Shown here one piece after another: positions 63,442 to 64,000 of a DNA stretch of 64,000 nucleotides. The translations under genes and the position numbers were made by a program. A model generated the notes under the pieces. It was not told the DNA's origin. It saw only the letters and a program-made list of their open reading frames with translations, and did no database searches. Source of the DNA: a virus (taxonomy: Duplodnaviria; Caudoviricetes); IMG/VR virus record IMGVR_UViG_3300008107_006173. The stretch is one strand, 5' to 3'. Every line of letters starts with the position of its first letter. Position 1 is the first letter of the stretch.

Positions 63442-64000
63442 TTATCGTTTATTAATTATTTCGTCTACAAGTCCGTAAGCAAGAGCTTCTTGTGCGCTCA
63501 TGAAAAAGTCACGCTCCATATCCTTTGAAAGCTCTTCAAAAATCTTGCCTGCGCTGTTATGCTTAACATAGATTTCAGTGAGGTTCTTCTTCATTGCGAG
63601 AATCTCCTTAACTTGAATTTCCATGTCTGTGGCTTGACCTCGAGCACCGCCACTGGGCTGGTGAATCATATGTCGTGCGCTAGGTAGCATCTTGCGCTTG
63701 CCAGGTGCGCCTGCTTGTGCTAGCAGACTACCCATAGAGCAAGCCTGCCCCATAACAATAGTGCATACATCCGGCTTGATATATTGCATAGTGTCGTACA
63801 TTGCCATCCCGGCTGTTACAACGCCACCTGGGCTGTTAATATAGAAACTAATATCAGCATCGGGGTCTTCGGCTTCTAGAAAAAGCAACTGGGCACAGAT
63901 ACTGTTACTAACTGCGTCGTGTACTTCGCCGTTAAGGAAGATAATGCGCTCCTTGAGCAAACGGCTATAGATATCGTAGCTGCGCTCTCCTGCTGAGGTC
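63442..64000 (-). CDS. clpP: ClpP protease, 5'-truncated by the window edge
   Basis: [31 protein letters not shown] (Ser), HMIHQP (His), ERD. Confidence 0.95.
   Translation of the reverse strand, partial: TSAGERSYDIYSRLLKERIIFLNGEVHDAVSNSICAQLLFLEAEDPDADISFYINSPGGVVTAGMAMYDTMQYIKPDVCTIVMGQACSMGSLLAQAGAPGKRKMLPSARHMIHQPSGGARGQATDMEIQVKEILAMKKNLTEIYVKHNSAGKIFEELSKDMERDFFMSAQEALAYGLVDEIINKR

Noticed and set aside
291-63900. Many other short overlapping ORFs in the track (e.g. 291-638, 3329-3601, 10480-10722, 46200-47609)
   Set aside because: They lie fully within well-supported genes, on the opposite strand or in another frame, and show no recognisable motifs.
1-64000. tRNA genes
   Set aside because: No intergenic segment shows a cloverleaf with T-loop GTTCRA and acceptor stem by eye; tRNAscan-SE would confirm.
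1-64000. Stop-codon reassignment as in some jumbo phages
   Set aside because: Long conserved genes are uninterrupted in the standard code, and TAA, TGA and TAG (e.g. 13294) all end genes.
1-64000. Bacterial chromosome or prophage interpretation prompted by clpA, clpP, folE, galE and phoH
   Set aside because: T4-like replication genes, late promoter motifs, spanins, dense unidirectional small ORFs and no integrase or host operon structure all indicate a lytic phage genome.

Overview
This is a 64-kb internal segment of a large lytic dsDNA phage of the T4-related jumbo-myophage type. The host is probably a Gram-negative proteobacterium, judged from the spanin pair, the OMP, the YccA/BI-1 gene and sigma70 promoters. 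Almost all genes are on the minus strand and use the standard code; I found no tRNA, rRNA, CRISPR array or integrase. Replication genes: family B DNA polymerase, putative sliding clamp, clamp loader, RNase H, DsbA-like protein and a catalytically truncated DnaE fragment. A ~10 kb 7-deazaguanine DNA-modification locus (TGT/DpdA-like, QueD/DpdL-like T-fold, FolE, QueE; no QueC/QueF in the window) is interleaved with a PRTase, GalE, a glycosyltransferase and a 2OG-oxygenase fusion. Many AT-rich 'tailoring enzyme' islets are scattered through the core: seven 2OG-Fe(II) oxygenase-like genes, a sulfotransferase, an SGNH-like protein and two tandem B12-type radical SAM enzymes. Other modules: a methyltransferase/endonuclease pair, a ParB-like + HNH pair, ClpA/ClpP/DnaJ/GroES/IscA, PhoH, a MoxR-vWA pair, spanins and a late block of repeat-rich fibre/virion genes. 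Non-coding signals: 16 sigma70-like promoters (nine with 16-bp spacers), T4-type late promoters ((G/T)ATAAATA), RBS-occluding hairpins that overlap late promoters, paired IHF-consensus sites and a ~50-bp duplication marking a cassette insertion. All product calls come from motif recognition by eye; no database searches were run.
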